NCBI GenBank assembly: GCA_900617105.1
Contig: UYFQ01000673.1
Location: forward strand, 1 to 64,000
Reading direction: 5' to 3'
Source: Hydrurus foetidus
Lineage: Eukaryota
DNA length: 64,000 nt
Shown here: positions 24,901 through 39,900 of the stretch, in pieces
How the letters are laid out: each line of letters begins with the position of its first letter
How positions within the stretch are numbered: position 1 is the stretch's first letter
Notes under the pieces: generated by a model
The model's database searches: none
What the model saw: only the letters and a program-made list of their open reading frames with translations
What the model was told of the DNA's origin: nothing
Program-made: the position numbers and the translations under genes

Positions 24901-27900
24901 TCGGTATCACCATCGCAGTCATCGTCACCATCGGTATCACCGTCAGTTGTAAGCGGCGCCCCTAGTGCTGCACCATCGGTATCACCATCGCAGTCATCGT
25001 CACCATCGGTATCACCGTCAGTTGTAAGCGGCGCCCCTAGTGCTGCACCATCGGTATCACCATCGCAGTCATCGTCACCATCGGTATCACCGTCAGTTGT
25101 AAGCGGCGCCCCTAGTGCTGCACCATCGGTATCACCATCGCAGTCATCGTCACCATCGGTATCACCGTCAGTTGTAAGCGGCGCCCCTAGTGCTGCACCA
25201 TCGGTATCACCATCGCAGTCATCGTCACCATCGGTATCACCGTCAGTTGTAAGCGGCGCCCCTAGTGCTGCACCATCGGTATCACCATCGCAGTCATCGT
25301 CACCATCGGTATCACCGTCAGTTGTAAGCGGCGCCCCTAGTGCTGCACCATCGGTATCACCATCGCAGTCATCGTCACCATCGGTATCACCGTCAGTTGT
25401 AAGCGGCGCCCCTAGTGCTGCACCATCGGTATCACCATCGCAGTCATCGTCACCATCGGTATCACCGTCAGTTGTAAGCGGCGCCCCTAGTGCTGCACCA
25501 TCGGTATCACCATCGCAGTCATCGTCACCATCGGTATCACCGTCAGTTGTAAGCGGCGCCCCTAGTGCTGCACCATCGGTATCACCATCGCAGTCATCGT
25601 CACCATCGGTATCACCGTCAGTTGTAAGCGGCGCCCCTAGTGCTGCACCATCGGTATCACCATCGCAGTCATCGTCACCATCGGTATCACCGTCAGTTGT
25701 AAGCGGCGCCCCTAGTGCTGCACCATCGGTATCACCATCGCAGTCATCGTCACCATCGGTATCACCGTCAGTTGTAAGCGGCGCCCCTAGTGCTGCACCA
25801 TCGGTATCACCATCGCAGTCATCGTCACCATCGGTATCACCGTCAGTTGTAAGCGGCGCCCCTAGTGCTGCACCATCGGTATCACCATCGCAGTCATCGT
25901 CACCATCGGTATCACCGTCAGTTGTAAGCGGCGCCCCTAGTGCTGCACCATCGGTATCACCATCGCAGTCATCGTCACCATCGGTATCACCGTCAGTTGT
26001 AAGCGGCGCCCCTAGTGCTGCACCATCGGTATCACCATCGCAGTCATCGTCACCATCGGTATCACCGTCAGTTGTAAGCGGCGCCCCTAGTGCTGCACCA
26101 TCGGTATCACCATCGCAGTCATCGTCACCATCGGTATCACCGTCAGTTGTAAGCGGCGCCCCTAGTGCTGCACCATCGGTATCACCATCGCAGTCATCGT
26201 CACCATCGGTATCACCGTCAGTTGTAAGCGGCGCCCCTAGTGCTGCACCATCGGTATCACCATCGCAGTCATCGTCACCATCGGTATCACCGTCAGTTGT
26301 AAGCGGCGCCCCTAGTGCTGCACCATCGCAGTCATCGTCACCATCGGTATCACCGTCAGTTGTAAGCGGCGCCCCTAGTGCTGCACCATCGGTATCACCA
26401 TCGCAGTCATCGTCACCATCGGTATCACCGTCAGTTGTAAGCGGCGCCCCTAGTGCTGCACCATCGGTATCACCATCGCAGTCATCGTCACCATCGGTAT
26501 CACCGTCAGTTGTAAGCGGCGCCCCTAGTGCTGCACCATCGGTATCACCATCGCAGTCATCGTCACCATCGGTATCACCGTCAGTTGTAAGCGGCGCCCC
26601 TAGTGCTGCACCATCGGTATCACCATCGCAGTCATCGTCACCATCGGTATCACCGTCAGTTCGTATCACCGTCAGTTGTAAGCGGCGCCCCTAGTGCTGC
26701 ACCATCGGTATCACCATCGCAGTCATCGTCACCATCGGTATCACCGTCAGTTGTAAGCGGCGCCCCTAGTGCTGCACCATCGGTATCACCATCGCAGTCA
26801 TCGTCACCATCGGTATCACCGTCAGTTGTAAGCGGCGCCCCTAGTGCTGCACCATCGGTATCACCATCGCAGTCATCGTCACCATCGGTATCACCGTCAG
26901 TTGTAAGCGGCGCCCCTAGTGCTGCACCATCGGTATCACCATCGCAGTCATCGTCACCATCGGTATCACCGTCAGTTGTAAGCGGCGCCCCTAGTGCTGC
27001 ACCATCGGTATCACCATCGCAGTCATCGTCACCATCGGTATCACCGTCAGTTGTAAGCGGCGCCCCTAGTGCTGCACCATCGGTATCACCATCGCAGTCA
27101 TCGTCACCATCGGTATCACCGTCAGTTGTAAGCGGCGCCCCTAGTGCTGCACCATCGGTATCACCATCGCAGTCATCGTCACCATCGGTATCACCGTCAG
27201 TTGTAAGCGGCGCCCCTAGTGCTGCACCATCGGTATCACCATCGCAGTCATCGTCACCATCGGTATCACCGTCAGTTGTAAGCGGCGCCCCTAGTGCTGC
27301 ACCATCGGTATCACCATCGCAGTCATCGTCACCATCGGTATCACCGTCAGTTGTAAGCGGCGCCCCTAGTGCTGCACCATCGGTATCACCATCGCAGTCA
27401 TCGTCACCATCGGTATCACCGTCAGTTGTAAGCGGCGCCCCTAGTGCTGCACCATCGGTATCACCATCGCAGTCATCGTCACCATCGGTATCACCGTCAG
27501 TTGTAAGCGGCGCCCCTAGTGCTGCACCATCGGTATCACCATCGCAGTCATCGTCACCATCGGTATCACCGTCAGTTGTAAGCGGCGCCCCTAGTGCTGC
27601 ACCATCGGTATCACCATCGCAGTCATCGTCACCATCGGTATCACCGTCAGTTGTAAGCGGCGCCCCTAGTGCTGCACCATCGGTATCACCATCGCAGTCA
27701 TCGTCACCATCGGTATCACCGTCAGTTGTAAGCGGCGCCCCTAGTGCTGCACCATCGGTATCACCATCGCAGTCATCGTCACCATCGGTATCACCGTCAG
27801 TTGTAAGCGGCGCCCCTAGTGCTGCACCATCGGTATCACCATCGCAGTCATCGTCACCATCGGTATCACCGTCAGTTGTAAGCGGCGCCCCTAGTGCTGC

Positions 27901-30900
27901 ACCATCGGTATCACCATCGCAGTCATCGTCACCATCGGTATCACCGTCAGTTGTAAGCGGCGCCCCTAGTGCTGCACCATCGGTATCACCATCGCAGTCA
28001 TCGTCACCATCGGTATCACCGTCAGTTGTAAGCGGCGCCCCTAGTGCTGCACCATCGGTATCACCATCGCAGTCATCGTCACCATCGGTATCACCGTCAG
28101 TTGTAAGCGGCGCCCCTAGTGCTGCACCATCGGTATCACCATCGCAGTCATCGTCACCATCGGTATCACCGTCAGTTGTAAGCGGCGCCCCTAGTGCTGC
28201 ACCATCGGTATCACCATCGCAGTCATCGTCACCATCGGTATCACCGTCAGTTGTAAGCGGCGCCCCTAGTGCTGCACCATCGGTATCACCATCGCAGTCA
28301 TCGTCACCATCGGTATCACCGTCAGTTGTAAGCGGCGCCCCTAGTGCTGCACCATCGGTATCACCATCGCAGTCATCGTCACCATCGGTATCACCGTCAG
28401 TTGTAAGCGGCGCCCCTAGTGCTGCACCATCGGTATCACCATCGCAGTCATCGTCACCATCGGTATCACCGTCAGTTGTAAGCGGCGCCCCTAGTGCTGC
28501 ACCATCGGTATCACCATCGCAGTCATCGTCACCATCGGTATCACCGTCAGTTGTAAGCGGCGCCCCTAGTGCTGCACCATCGGTATCACCATCGCAGTCA
28601 TCGTCACCATCGGTATCACCGTCAGTTGTAAGCGGCGCCCCTAGTGCTGCACCATCGGTATCACCATCGCAGTCATCGTCACCATCGGTATCACCGTCAG
28701 TTGTAAGCGGCGCCCCTAGTGCTGCACCATCGGTATCACCATCGCAGTCATCGTCACCATCGGTATCACCGTCAGTTGTAAGCGGCGCCCCTAGTGCTGC
28801 ACCATCGGTATCACCATCGCAGTCATCGTCACCATCGGTATCACCGTCAGTTGTAAGCGGCGCCCCTAGTGCTGCACCATCGGTATCACCATCGCAGTCA
28901 TCGTCACCATCGGTATCACCGTCAGTTGTAAGCGGCGCCCCTAGTGCTGCACCATCGGTATCACCATCGCAGTCATCGTCACCATCGGTATCACCGTCAG
29001 TTGTAAGCGGCGCCCCTAGTGCTGCACCATCGGTATCACCATCGCAGTCATCGTCACCATCGGTATCACCATCGCAGTCATCGTCACCATCGGTATCACC
29101 GTCAGTTGTAAGCGGCGCCCCTAGTGCTGCACCATCGGTATCACCATCGCAGTCATCGTCACCATCGGTATCACCGTCAGTTGTAAGCGGCGCCCCTAGT
29201 GCTGCACCATCGGTATCACCATCGCAGTCATCGTCACCATCGGTATCACCGTCAGTTGTAAGCGGCGCCCCTAGTGCTGCACCATCGGTATCACCATCGC
29301 AGTCATCGTCACCATCGGTATCACCGTCAGTTGTAAGCGGCGCCCCTAGTGCTGCACCATCGGTATCACCATCGCAGTCATCGTCACCATCGGTATCACC
29401 GTCAGTTGTAAGCGGCGCCCCTAGTGCTGCACCATCGGTATCACCATCGCAGTCATCGTCACCATCGGTATCACCGTCAGTTGTAAGCGGCGCCCCTAGT
29501 GCTGCACCATCGGTATCACCATCGCAGTCATCGTCACCATCGGTATCACCGTCAGTTGTAAGCGGCGCCCCTAGTGCTGCACCATCGGTATCACCATCGC
29601 AGTCATCGTCACCATCGGTATCACCGTCAGTTGTAAGCGGCGCCCCTAGTGCTGCACCATCGGTATCACCATCGCAGTCATCGTCACCATCGGTATCACC
29701 GTCAGTTGTAAGCGGCGCCCCTAGTGCTGCACCATCGGTATCACCATCGCAGTCATCGTCACCATCGGTATCACCGTCAGTTGTAAGCGGCGCCCCTAGT
29801 GCTGCACCATCGGTATCACCATCGCAGTCATCGTCACCATCGGTATCACCGTCAGTTGTAAGCGGCGCCCCTAGTGCTGCACCATCGGTATCACCATCGC
29901 AGTCATCGTCACCATCGGTATCACCGTCAGTTGTAAGCGGCGCCCCTAGTGCTGCACCATCGGTATCACCATCGCAGTCATCGTCACCATCGGTATCACC
30001 GTCAGTTGTAAGCGGCGCCCCTAGTGCTGCACCATCGGTATCACCATCGCAGTCATCGTCACCATCGGTATCACCGTCAGTTGTAAGCGGCGCCCCTAGT
30101 GCTGCACCATCGGTATCACCATCGCAGTCATCGTCACCATCGGTATCACCGTCAGTTGTAAGCGGCGCCCCTAGTGCTGCACCATCGGTATCACCATCGC
30201 AGTCATCGTCACCATCGGTATCACCGTCAGTTGTAAGCGGCGCCCCTAGTGCTGCACCATCGGTATCACCATCGCAGTCATCGTCACCATCGGTATCACC
30301 GTCAGTTGTAAGCGGCGCCCCTAGTGCTGCACCATCGGTATCACCATCGCAGTCATCGTCACCATCGGTATCACCGTCAGTTGTAAGCGGCGCCCCTAGT
30401 GCTGCACCATCGGTATCACCATCGCAGTCATCGTCACCATCGGTATCACCGTCAGTTGTAAGCGGCGCCCCTAGTGCTGCACCATCGGTATCACCATCGC
30501 AGTCATCGTCACCATCGGTATCACCGTCAGTTGTAAGCGGCGCCCCTAGTGCTGCACCATCGGTATCACCATCGCAGTCATCGTCACCATCGGTATCACC
30601 GTCAGTTGTAAGCGGCGCCCCTAGTGCTGCACCATCGGTATCACCATCGCAGTCATCGTCACCATCGGTATCACCGTCAGTTGTAAGCGGCGCCCCTAGT
30701 GCTGCACCATCGGTATCACCATCGCAGTCATCGTCACCATCGGTATCACCGTCAGTTGTAAGCGGCGCCCCTAGTGCTGCACCATCGGTATCACCATCGC
30801 AGTCATCGTCACCATCGGTATCACCGTCAGTTGTAAGCGGCGCCCCTAGTGCTGCACCATCGGTATCACCATCGCAGTCATCGTCACCATCGGTATCACC

Positions 30901-33900
30901 GTCAGTTGTAAGCGGCGCCCCTAGTGCTGCACCATCGGTATCACCATCGCAGTCATCGTCACCATCGGTATCACCGTCAGTTGTAAGCGGCGCCCCTAGT
31001 GCTGCACCATCGGTATCACCATCGCAGTCATCGTCACCATCGGTATCACCGTCAGTTGTAAGCGGCGCCCCTAGTGCTGCACCATCGGTATCACCATCGC
31101 AGTCATCGTCACCATCGGTATCACCGTCAGTTGTAAGCGGCGCCCCTAGTGCTGCACCATCGGTATCACCATCGCAGTCATCGTCACCATCGGTATCACC
31201 GTCAGTTGTAAGCGGCGCCCCTAGTGCTGCACCATCGGTATCACCATCGCAGTCATCGTCACCATCGGTATCACCGTCAGTTGTAAGCGGCGCCCCTAGT
31301 GCTGCACCATCGGTATCACCATCGCAGTCATCGTCACCATCGGTATCACCGTCAGTTGTAAGCGGCGCCCCTAGTGCTGCACCATCGGTATCACCATCGC
31401 AGTCATCGTCACCATCGGTATCACCGTCAGTTGTAAGCGGCGCCCCTAGTGCTGCACCATCGGTATCACCATCGCAGTCATCGTCACCATCGGTATCACC
31501 GTCAGTTGTAAGCGGCGCCCCTAGTGCTGCACCATCGGTATCACCATCGCAGTCATCGTCACCATCGGTATCACCGTCAGTTGTAAGCGGCGCCCCTAGT
31601 GCTGCACCATCGGTATCACCATCGCAGTCATCGTCACCATCGGTATCACCGTCAGTTGTAAGCGGCGCCCCTAGTGCTGCACCATCGGTATCACCATCGC
31701 AGTCATCGTCACCATCGGTATCACCGTCAGTTGTAAGCGGCGCCCCTAGTGCTGCACCATCGGTATCACCATCGCAGTCATCGTCACCATCGGTATCACC
31801 GTCAGTTGTAAGCGGCGCCCCTAGTGCTGCACCATCGGTATCACCATCGCAGTCATCGTCACCATCGGTATCACCGTCAGTTGTAAGCGGCGCCCCTAGT
31901 GCTGCACCATCGGTATCACCATCGCAGTCATCGTCACCATCGGTATCACCGTCAGTTGTAAGCGGCGCCCCTAGTGCTGCACCATCGGTATCACCATCGC
32001 AGTCATCGTCACCATCGGTATCACCGTCAGTTGTAAGCGGCGCCCCTAGTGCTGCACCATCGGTATCACCATCGCAGTCATCGTCACCATCGGTATCACC
32101 GTCAGTTGTAAGCGGCGCCCCTAGTGCTGCACCATCGGTATCACCATCGCAGTCATCGTCACCATCGGTATCACCGTCAGTTGTAAGCGGCGCCCCTAGT
32201 GCTGCACCATCGGTATCACCATCGCAGTCATCGTCACCATCGGTATCACCGTCAGTTGTAAGCGGCGCCCCTAGTGCTGCACCATCGGTATCACCATCGC
32301 AGTCATCGTCACCATCGGTATCACCGTCAGTTGTAAGCGGCGCCCCTAGTGCTGCACCATCGGTATCACCATCGCAGTCATCGTCACCATCGGTATCACC
32401 GTCAGTTGTAAGCGGCGCCCCTAGTGCTGCACCATCGGTATCACCATCGCAGTCATCGTCACCATCGGTATCACCGTCAGTTGTAAGCGGCGCCCCTAGT
32501 GCTGCACCATCGGTATCACCATCGCAGTCATCGTCACCATCGGTATCACCGTCAGTTGTAAGCGGCGCCCCTAGTGCTGCACCATCGGTATCACCATCGC
32601 AGTCATCGTCACCATCGGTATCACCGTCAGTTGTAAGCGGCGCCCCTAGTGCTGCACCATCGGTATCACCATCGCAGTCATCGTCACCATCGGTATCACC
32701 GTCAGTTGTAAGCGGCGCCCCTAGTGCTGCACCATCGGTATCACCATCGCAGTCATCGTCACCATCGGTATCACCGTCAGTTGTAAGCGGCGCCCCTAGT
32801 GCTGCACCATCGGTATCACCATCGCAGTCATCGTCACCATCGGTATCACCGTCAGTTGTAAGCGGCGCCCCTAGTGCTGCACCATCGGTATCACCATCGC
32901 AGTCATCGTCACCATCGGTATCACCGTCAGTTGTAAGCGGCGCCCCTAGTGCTGCACCATCGGTATCACCATCGCAGTCATCGTCACCATCGGTATCACC
33001 GTCAGTTGTAAGCGGCGCCCCTAGTGCTGCACCATCGGTATCACCATCGCAGTCATCGTCACCATCGGTATCACCGTCAGTTGTAAGCGGCGCCCCTAGT
33101 GCTGCACCATCGGTATCACCATCGCAGTCATCGTCACCATCGGTATCACCGTCAGTTGTAAGCGGCGCCCCTAGTGCTGCACCATCGGTATCACCATCGC
33201 AGTCATCGTCACCATCGGTATCACCGTCAGTTGTAAGCGGCGCCCCTAGTGCTGCACCATCGGTATCACCATCGCAGTCATCGTCACCATCGGTATCACC
33301 GTCAGTTGTAAGCGGCGCCCCTAGTGCTGCACCATCGGTATCACCATCGCAGTCATCGTCACCATCGGTATCACCGTCAGTTGTAAGCGGCGCCCCTAGT
33401 GCTGCACCATCGGTATCACCATCGCAGTCATCGTCACCATCGGTATCACCGTCAGTTGTAAGCGGCGCCCCTAGTGCTGCACCATCGGTATCACCATCGC
33501 AGTCATCGTCACCATCGGTATCACCGTCAGTTGTAAGCGGCGCCCCTAGTGCTGCACCATCGGTATCACCATCGCAGTCATCGTCACCATCGGTATCACC
33601 GTCAGTTGTAAGCGGCGCCCCTAGTGCTGCACCATCGGTATCACCATCGCAGTCATCGTCACCATCGGTATCACCGTCAGTTGTAAGCGGCGCCCCTAGT
33701 GCTGCACCATCGGTATCACCATCGCAGTCATCGTCACCATCGGTATCACCGTCAGTTGTAAGCGGCGCCCCTAGTGCTGCACCATCGGTATCACCATCGC
33801 AGTCATCGTCACCATCGGTATCACCGTCAGTTGTAAGCGGCGCCCCTAGTGCTGCACCATCGGTATCACCATCGCAGTCATCGTCACCATCGGTATCACC

Positions 33901-36900
33901 GTCAGTTGTAAGCGGCGCCCCTAGTGCTGCACCATCGGTATCACCATCGCAGTCATCGTCACCATCGGTATCACCGTCAGTTGTAAGCGGCGCCCCTAGT
34001 GCTGCACCATCGGTATCACCATCGCAGTCATCGTCACCATCGGTATCACCGTCAGTTGTAAGCGGCGCCCCTAGTGCTGCACCATCGGTATCACCATCGC
34101 AGTCATCGTCACCATCGGTATCACCGTCAGTTGTAAGCGGCGCCCCTAGTGCTGCACCATCGGTATCACCATCGCAGTCATCGTCACCATCGGTATCACC
34201 GTCAGTTGTAAGCGGCGCCCCTAGTGCTGCACCATCGGTATCACCATCGCAGTCATCGTCACCATCGGTATCACCGTCAGTTGTAAGCGGCGCCCCTAGT
34301 GCTGCACCATCGGTATCACCATCGCAGTCATCGTCACCATCGGTATCACCGTCAGTTGTAAGCGGCGCCCCTAGTGCTGCACCATCGGTATCACCATCGC
34401 AGTCATCGTCACCATCGGTATCACCGTCAGTTGTAAGCGGCGCCCCTAGTGCTGCACCATCGGTATCACCATCGCAGTCATCGTCACCATCGGTATCACC
34501 GTCAGTTGTAAGCGGCGCCCCTAGTGCTGCACCATCGGTATCACCATCGCAGTCATCGTCACCATCGGTATCACCGTCAGTTGTAAGCGGCGCCCCTAGT
34601 GCTGCACCATCGGTATCACCATCGCAGTCATCGTCACCATCGGTATCACCGTCAGTTGTAAGCGGCGCCCCTAGTGCTGCACCATCGGTATCACCATCGC
34701 AGTCATCGTCACCATCGGTATCACCGTCAGTTGTAAGCGGCGCCCCTAGTGCTGCACCATCGGTATCACCATCGCAGTCATCGTCACCATCGGTATCACC
34801 GTCAGTTGTAAGCGGCGCCCCTAGTGCTGCACCATCGGTATCACCATCGCAGTCATCGTCACCATCGGTATCACCGTCAGTTGTAAGCGGCGCCCCTAGT
34901 GCTGCACCATCGGTATCACCATCGCAGTCATCGTCACCATCGGTATCACCGTCAGTTGTAAGCGGCGCCCCTAGTGCTGCACCATCGGTATCACCATCGC
35001 AGTCATCGTCACCATCGGTATCACCGTCAGTTGTAAGCGGCGCCCCTAGTGCTGCACCATCGGTATCACCATCGCAGTCATCGTCACCATCGGTATCACC
35101 GTCAGTTGTAAGCGGCGCCCCTAGTGCTGCACCATCGGTATCACCATCGCAGTCATCGTCACCATCGGTATCACCGTCAGTTGTAAGCGGCGCCCCTAGT
35201 GCTGCACCATCGGTATCACCATCGCAGTCATCGTCACCATCGGTATCACCGTCAGTTGTAAGCGGCGCCCCTAGTGCTGCACCATCGGTATCACCATCGC
35301 AGTCATCGTCACCATCGGTATCACCGTCAGTTGTAAGCGGCGCCCCTAGTGCTGCACCATCGGTATCACCATCGCAGTCATCGTCACCATCGGTATCACC
35401 GTCAGTTGTAAGCGGCGCCCCTAGTGCTGCACCATCGGTATCACCATCGCAGTCATCGTCACCATCGGTATCACCGTCAGTTGTAAGCGGCGCCCCTAGT
35501 GCTGCACCATCGGTATCACCATCGCAGTCATCGTCACCATCGGTATCACCGTCAGTTGTAAGCGGCGCCCCTAGTGCTGCACCATCGGTATCACCATCGC
35601 AGTCATCGTCACCATCGGTATCACCGTCAGTTGTAAGCGGCGCCCCTAGTGCTGCACCATCGGTATCACCATCGCAGTCATCGTCACCATCGGTATCACC
35701 GTCAGTTGTAAGCGGCGCCCCTAGTGCTGCACCATCGGTATCACCATCGCAGTCATCGTCACCATCGGTATCACCGTCAGTTGTAAGCGGCGCCCCTAGT
35801 GCTGCACCATCGGTATCACCATCGCAGTCATCGTCACCATCGGTATCACCGTCAGTTGTAAGCGGCGCCCCTAGTGCTGCACCATCGGTATCACCATCGC
35901 AGTCATCGTCACCATCGGTATCACCGTCAGTTGTAAGCGGCGCCCCTAGTGCTGCACCATCGGTATCACCATCGCAGTCATCGTCACCATCGGTATCACC
36001 GTCAGTTGTAAGCGGCGCCCCTAGTGCTGCACCATCGGTATCACCATCGCAGTCATCGTCACCATCGGTATCACCGTCAGTTGTAAGCGGCGCCCCTAGT
36101 GCTGCACCATCGGTATCACCATCGCAGTCATCGTCACCATCGGTATCACCGTCAGTTGTAAGCGGCGCCCCTAGTGCTGCACCATCGGTATCACCATCGC
36201 AGTCATCGTCACCATCGGTATCACCGTCAGTTGTAAGCGGCGCCCCTAGTGCTGCACCATCGGTATCACCATCGCAGTCATCGTCACCATCGGTATCACC
36301 GTCAGTTGTAAGCGGCGCCCCTAGTGCTGCACCATCGGTATCACCATCGCAGTCATCGTCACCATCGGTATCACCGTCAGTTGTAAGCGGCGCCCCTAGT
36401 GCTGCACCATCGGTATCACCATCGCAGTCATCGTCACCATCGGTATCACCGTCAGTTGTAAGCGGCGCCCCTAGTGCTGCACCATCGGTATCACCATCGC
36501 AGTCATCGTCACCATCGGTATCACCGTCAGTTGTAAGCGGCGCCCCTAGTGCTGCACCATCGGTATCACCATCGCAGTCATCGTCACCATCGGTATCACC
36601 GTCAGTTGTAAGCGGCGCCCCTAGTGCTGCACCATCGGTATCACCATCGCAGTCATCGTCACCATCGGTATCACCGTCAGTTGTAAGCGGCGCCCCTAGT
36701 GCTGCACCATCGGTATCACCATCGCAGTCATCGTCACCATCGGTATCACCGTCAGTTGTAAGCGGCGCCCCTAGTGCTGCACCATCGGTATCACCATCGC
36801 AGTCATCGTCACCATCGGTATCACCGTCAGTTGTAAGCGGCGCCCCTAGTGCTGCACCATCGGTATCACCATCGCAGTCATCGTCACCATCGGTATCACC

Positions 36901-39900
36901 GTCAGTTGTAAGCGGCGCCCCTAGTGCTGCACCATCGGTATCACCATCGCAGTCATCGTCACCATCGGTATCACCGTCAGTTGTAAGCGGCGCCCCTAGT
37001 GCTGCACCATCGGTATCACCATCGCAGTCATCGTCACCATCGGTATCACCGTCAGTTGTAAGCGGCGCCCCTAGTGCTGCACCATCGGTATCACCATCGC
37101 AGTCATCGTCACCATCGGTATCACCGTCAGTTGTAAGCGGCGCCCCTAGTGCTGCACCATCGGTATCACCATCGCAGTCATCGTCACCATCGGTATCACC
37201 GTCATCGTCACCATCGGTATCACCGTCAGTTGTAAGCGGCGCCCCTAGTGCTGCACCATCGGTATCACCATCGCAGTCATCGTCACCATCGGTATCACCG
37301 TCAGTTGTAAGCGGCGCCCCTAGTGCTGCACCATCGGTATCACCATCGCAGTCATCGTCACCATCGGTATCACCGTCAGTTGTAAGCGGCGCCCCTAGTG
37401 CTGCACCATCGGTATCACCATCGCAGTCATCGTCACCATCGGTATCACCGTCAGTTGTAAGCGGCGCCCCTAGTGCTGCACCATCGGTATCACCATCGCA
37501 GTCATCGTCACCATCGGTATCACCGTCAGTTGTAAGCGGCGCCCCTAGTGCTGCACCATCGGTATCACCATCGCAGTCATCGTCACCATCGGTATCACCG
37601 TCAGTTGTAAGCGGCGCCCCTAGTGCTGCACCATCGGTATCACCATCGCAGTCATCGTCACCATCGGTATCACCGTCAGTTGTAAGCGGCGCCCCTAGTG
37701 CTGCACCATCGGTATCACCATCGCAGTCATCGTCACCATCGGTATCACCGTCAGTTGTAAGCGGCGCCCCTAGTGCTGCACCATCGGTATCACCATCGCA
37801 GTCATCGTCACCATCGGTATCACCGTCAGTTGTAAGCGGCGCCCCTAGTGCTGCACCATCGGTATCACCATCGCAGTCATCGTCACCATCGGTATCACCG
37901 TCAGTTGTAAGCGGCGCCCCTAGTGCTGCACCATCGGTATCACCATCGCAGTCATCGTCACCATCGGTATCACCGTCAGTTGTAAGCGGCGCCCCTAGTG
38001 CTGCACCATCGGTATCACCATCGCAGTCATCGTCACCATCGGTATCACCGTCAGTTGTAAGCGGCGCCCCTAGTGCTGCACCATCGGTATCACCATCGCA
38101 GTCATCGTCACCATCGGTATCACCGTCAGTTGTAAGCGGCGCCCCTAGTGCTGCACCATCGGTATCACCATCGCAGTCATCGTCACCATCGGTATCACCG
38201 TCAGTTGTAAGCGGCGCCCCTAGTGCTGCACCATCGGTATCACCATCGCAGTCATCGTCACCATCGGTATCACCGTCAGTTGTAAGCGGCGCCCCTAGTG
38301 CTGCACCATCGGTATCACCATCGCAGTCATCGTCACCATCGGTATCACCGTCAGTTGTAAGCGGCGCCCCTAGTGCTGCACCATCGGTATCACCATCGCA
38401 GTCATCGTCACCATCGGTATCACCGTCAGTTGTAAGCGGCGCCCCTAGTGCTGCACCATCGGTATCACCATCGCAGTCATCGTCACCATCGGTATCACCG
38501 TCAGTTGTAAGCGGCGCCCCTAGTGCTGCACCATCGGTATCACCATCGCAGTCATCGTCACCATCGGTATCACCGTCAGTTGTAAGCGGCGCCCCTAGTG
38601 CTGCACCATCGGTATCACCATCGCAGTCATCGTCACCATCGGTATCACCGTCAGTTGTAAGCGGCGCCCCTAGTGCTGCACCATCGGTATCACCATCGCA
38701 GTCATCGTCACCATCGGTATCACCGTCAGTTGTAAGCGGCGCCCCTAGTGCTGCACCATCGGTATCACCATCGCAGTCATCGTCACCATCGGTATCACCG
38801 TCAGTTGTAAGCGGCGCCCCTAGTGCTGCACCATCGGTATCACCATCGCAGTCATCGTCACCATCGGTATCACCGTCAGTTGTAAGCGGCGCCCCTAGTG
38901 CTGCACCATCGGTATCACCATCGCAGTCATCGTCACCATCGGTATCACCGTCAGTTGTAAGCGGCGCCCCTAGTGCTGCACCATCGGTATCACCATCGCA
39001 GTCATCGTCACCATCGGTATCACCGTCAGTTGTAAGCGGCGCCCCTAGTGCTGCACCATCGGTATCACCATCGCAGTCATCGTCACCATCGGTATCACCG
39101 TCAGTTGTAAGCGGCGCCCCTAGTGCTGCACCATCGGTATCACCATCGCAGTCATCGTCACCATCGGTATCACCGTCAGTTGTAAGCGGCGCCCCTAGTG
39201 CTGCACCATCGGTATCACCATCGCAGTCATCGTCACCATCGGTATCACCGTCAGTTGTAAGCGGCGCCCCTAGTGCTGCACCATCGGTATCACCATCGCA
39301 GTCATCGTCACCATCGGTATCACCGTCAGTTGTAAGCGGCGCCCCTAGTGCTGCACCATCGGTATCACCATCGCAGTCATCGTCACCATCGGTATCACCG
39401 TCAGTTGTAAGCGGCGCCCCTAGTGCTGCACCATCGGTATCACCATCGCAGTCATCGTCACCATCGGTATCACCGTCAGTTGTAAGCGGCGCCCCTAGTG
39501 CTGCACCATCGGTATCACCATCGCAGTCATCGTCACCATCGGTATCACCGTCAGTTGTAAGCGGCGCCCCTAGTGCTGCACCATCGGTATCACCATCGCA
39601 GTCATCGTCACCATCGGTATCACCGTCAGTTGTAAGCGGCGCCCCTAGTGCTGCACCATCGGTATCACCATCGCAGTCATCGTCACCATCGGTATCACCG
39701 TCAGTTGTAAGCGGCGCCCCTAGTGCTGCACCATCGGTATCACCATCGCAGTCATCGTCACCATCGGTATCACCGTCAGTTGTAAGCGGCGCCCCTAGTG
39801 CTGCACCATCGGTATCACCATCGCAGTCATCGTCACCATCGGTATCACCGTCAGTTGTAAGCGGCGCCCCTAGTGCTGCACCATCGGTATCACCATCGCA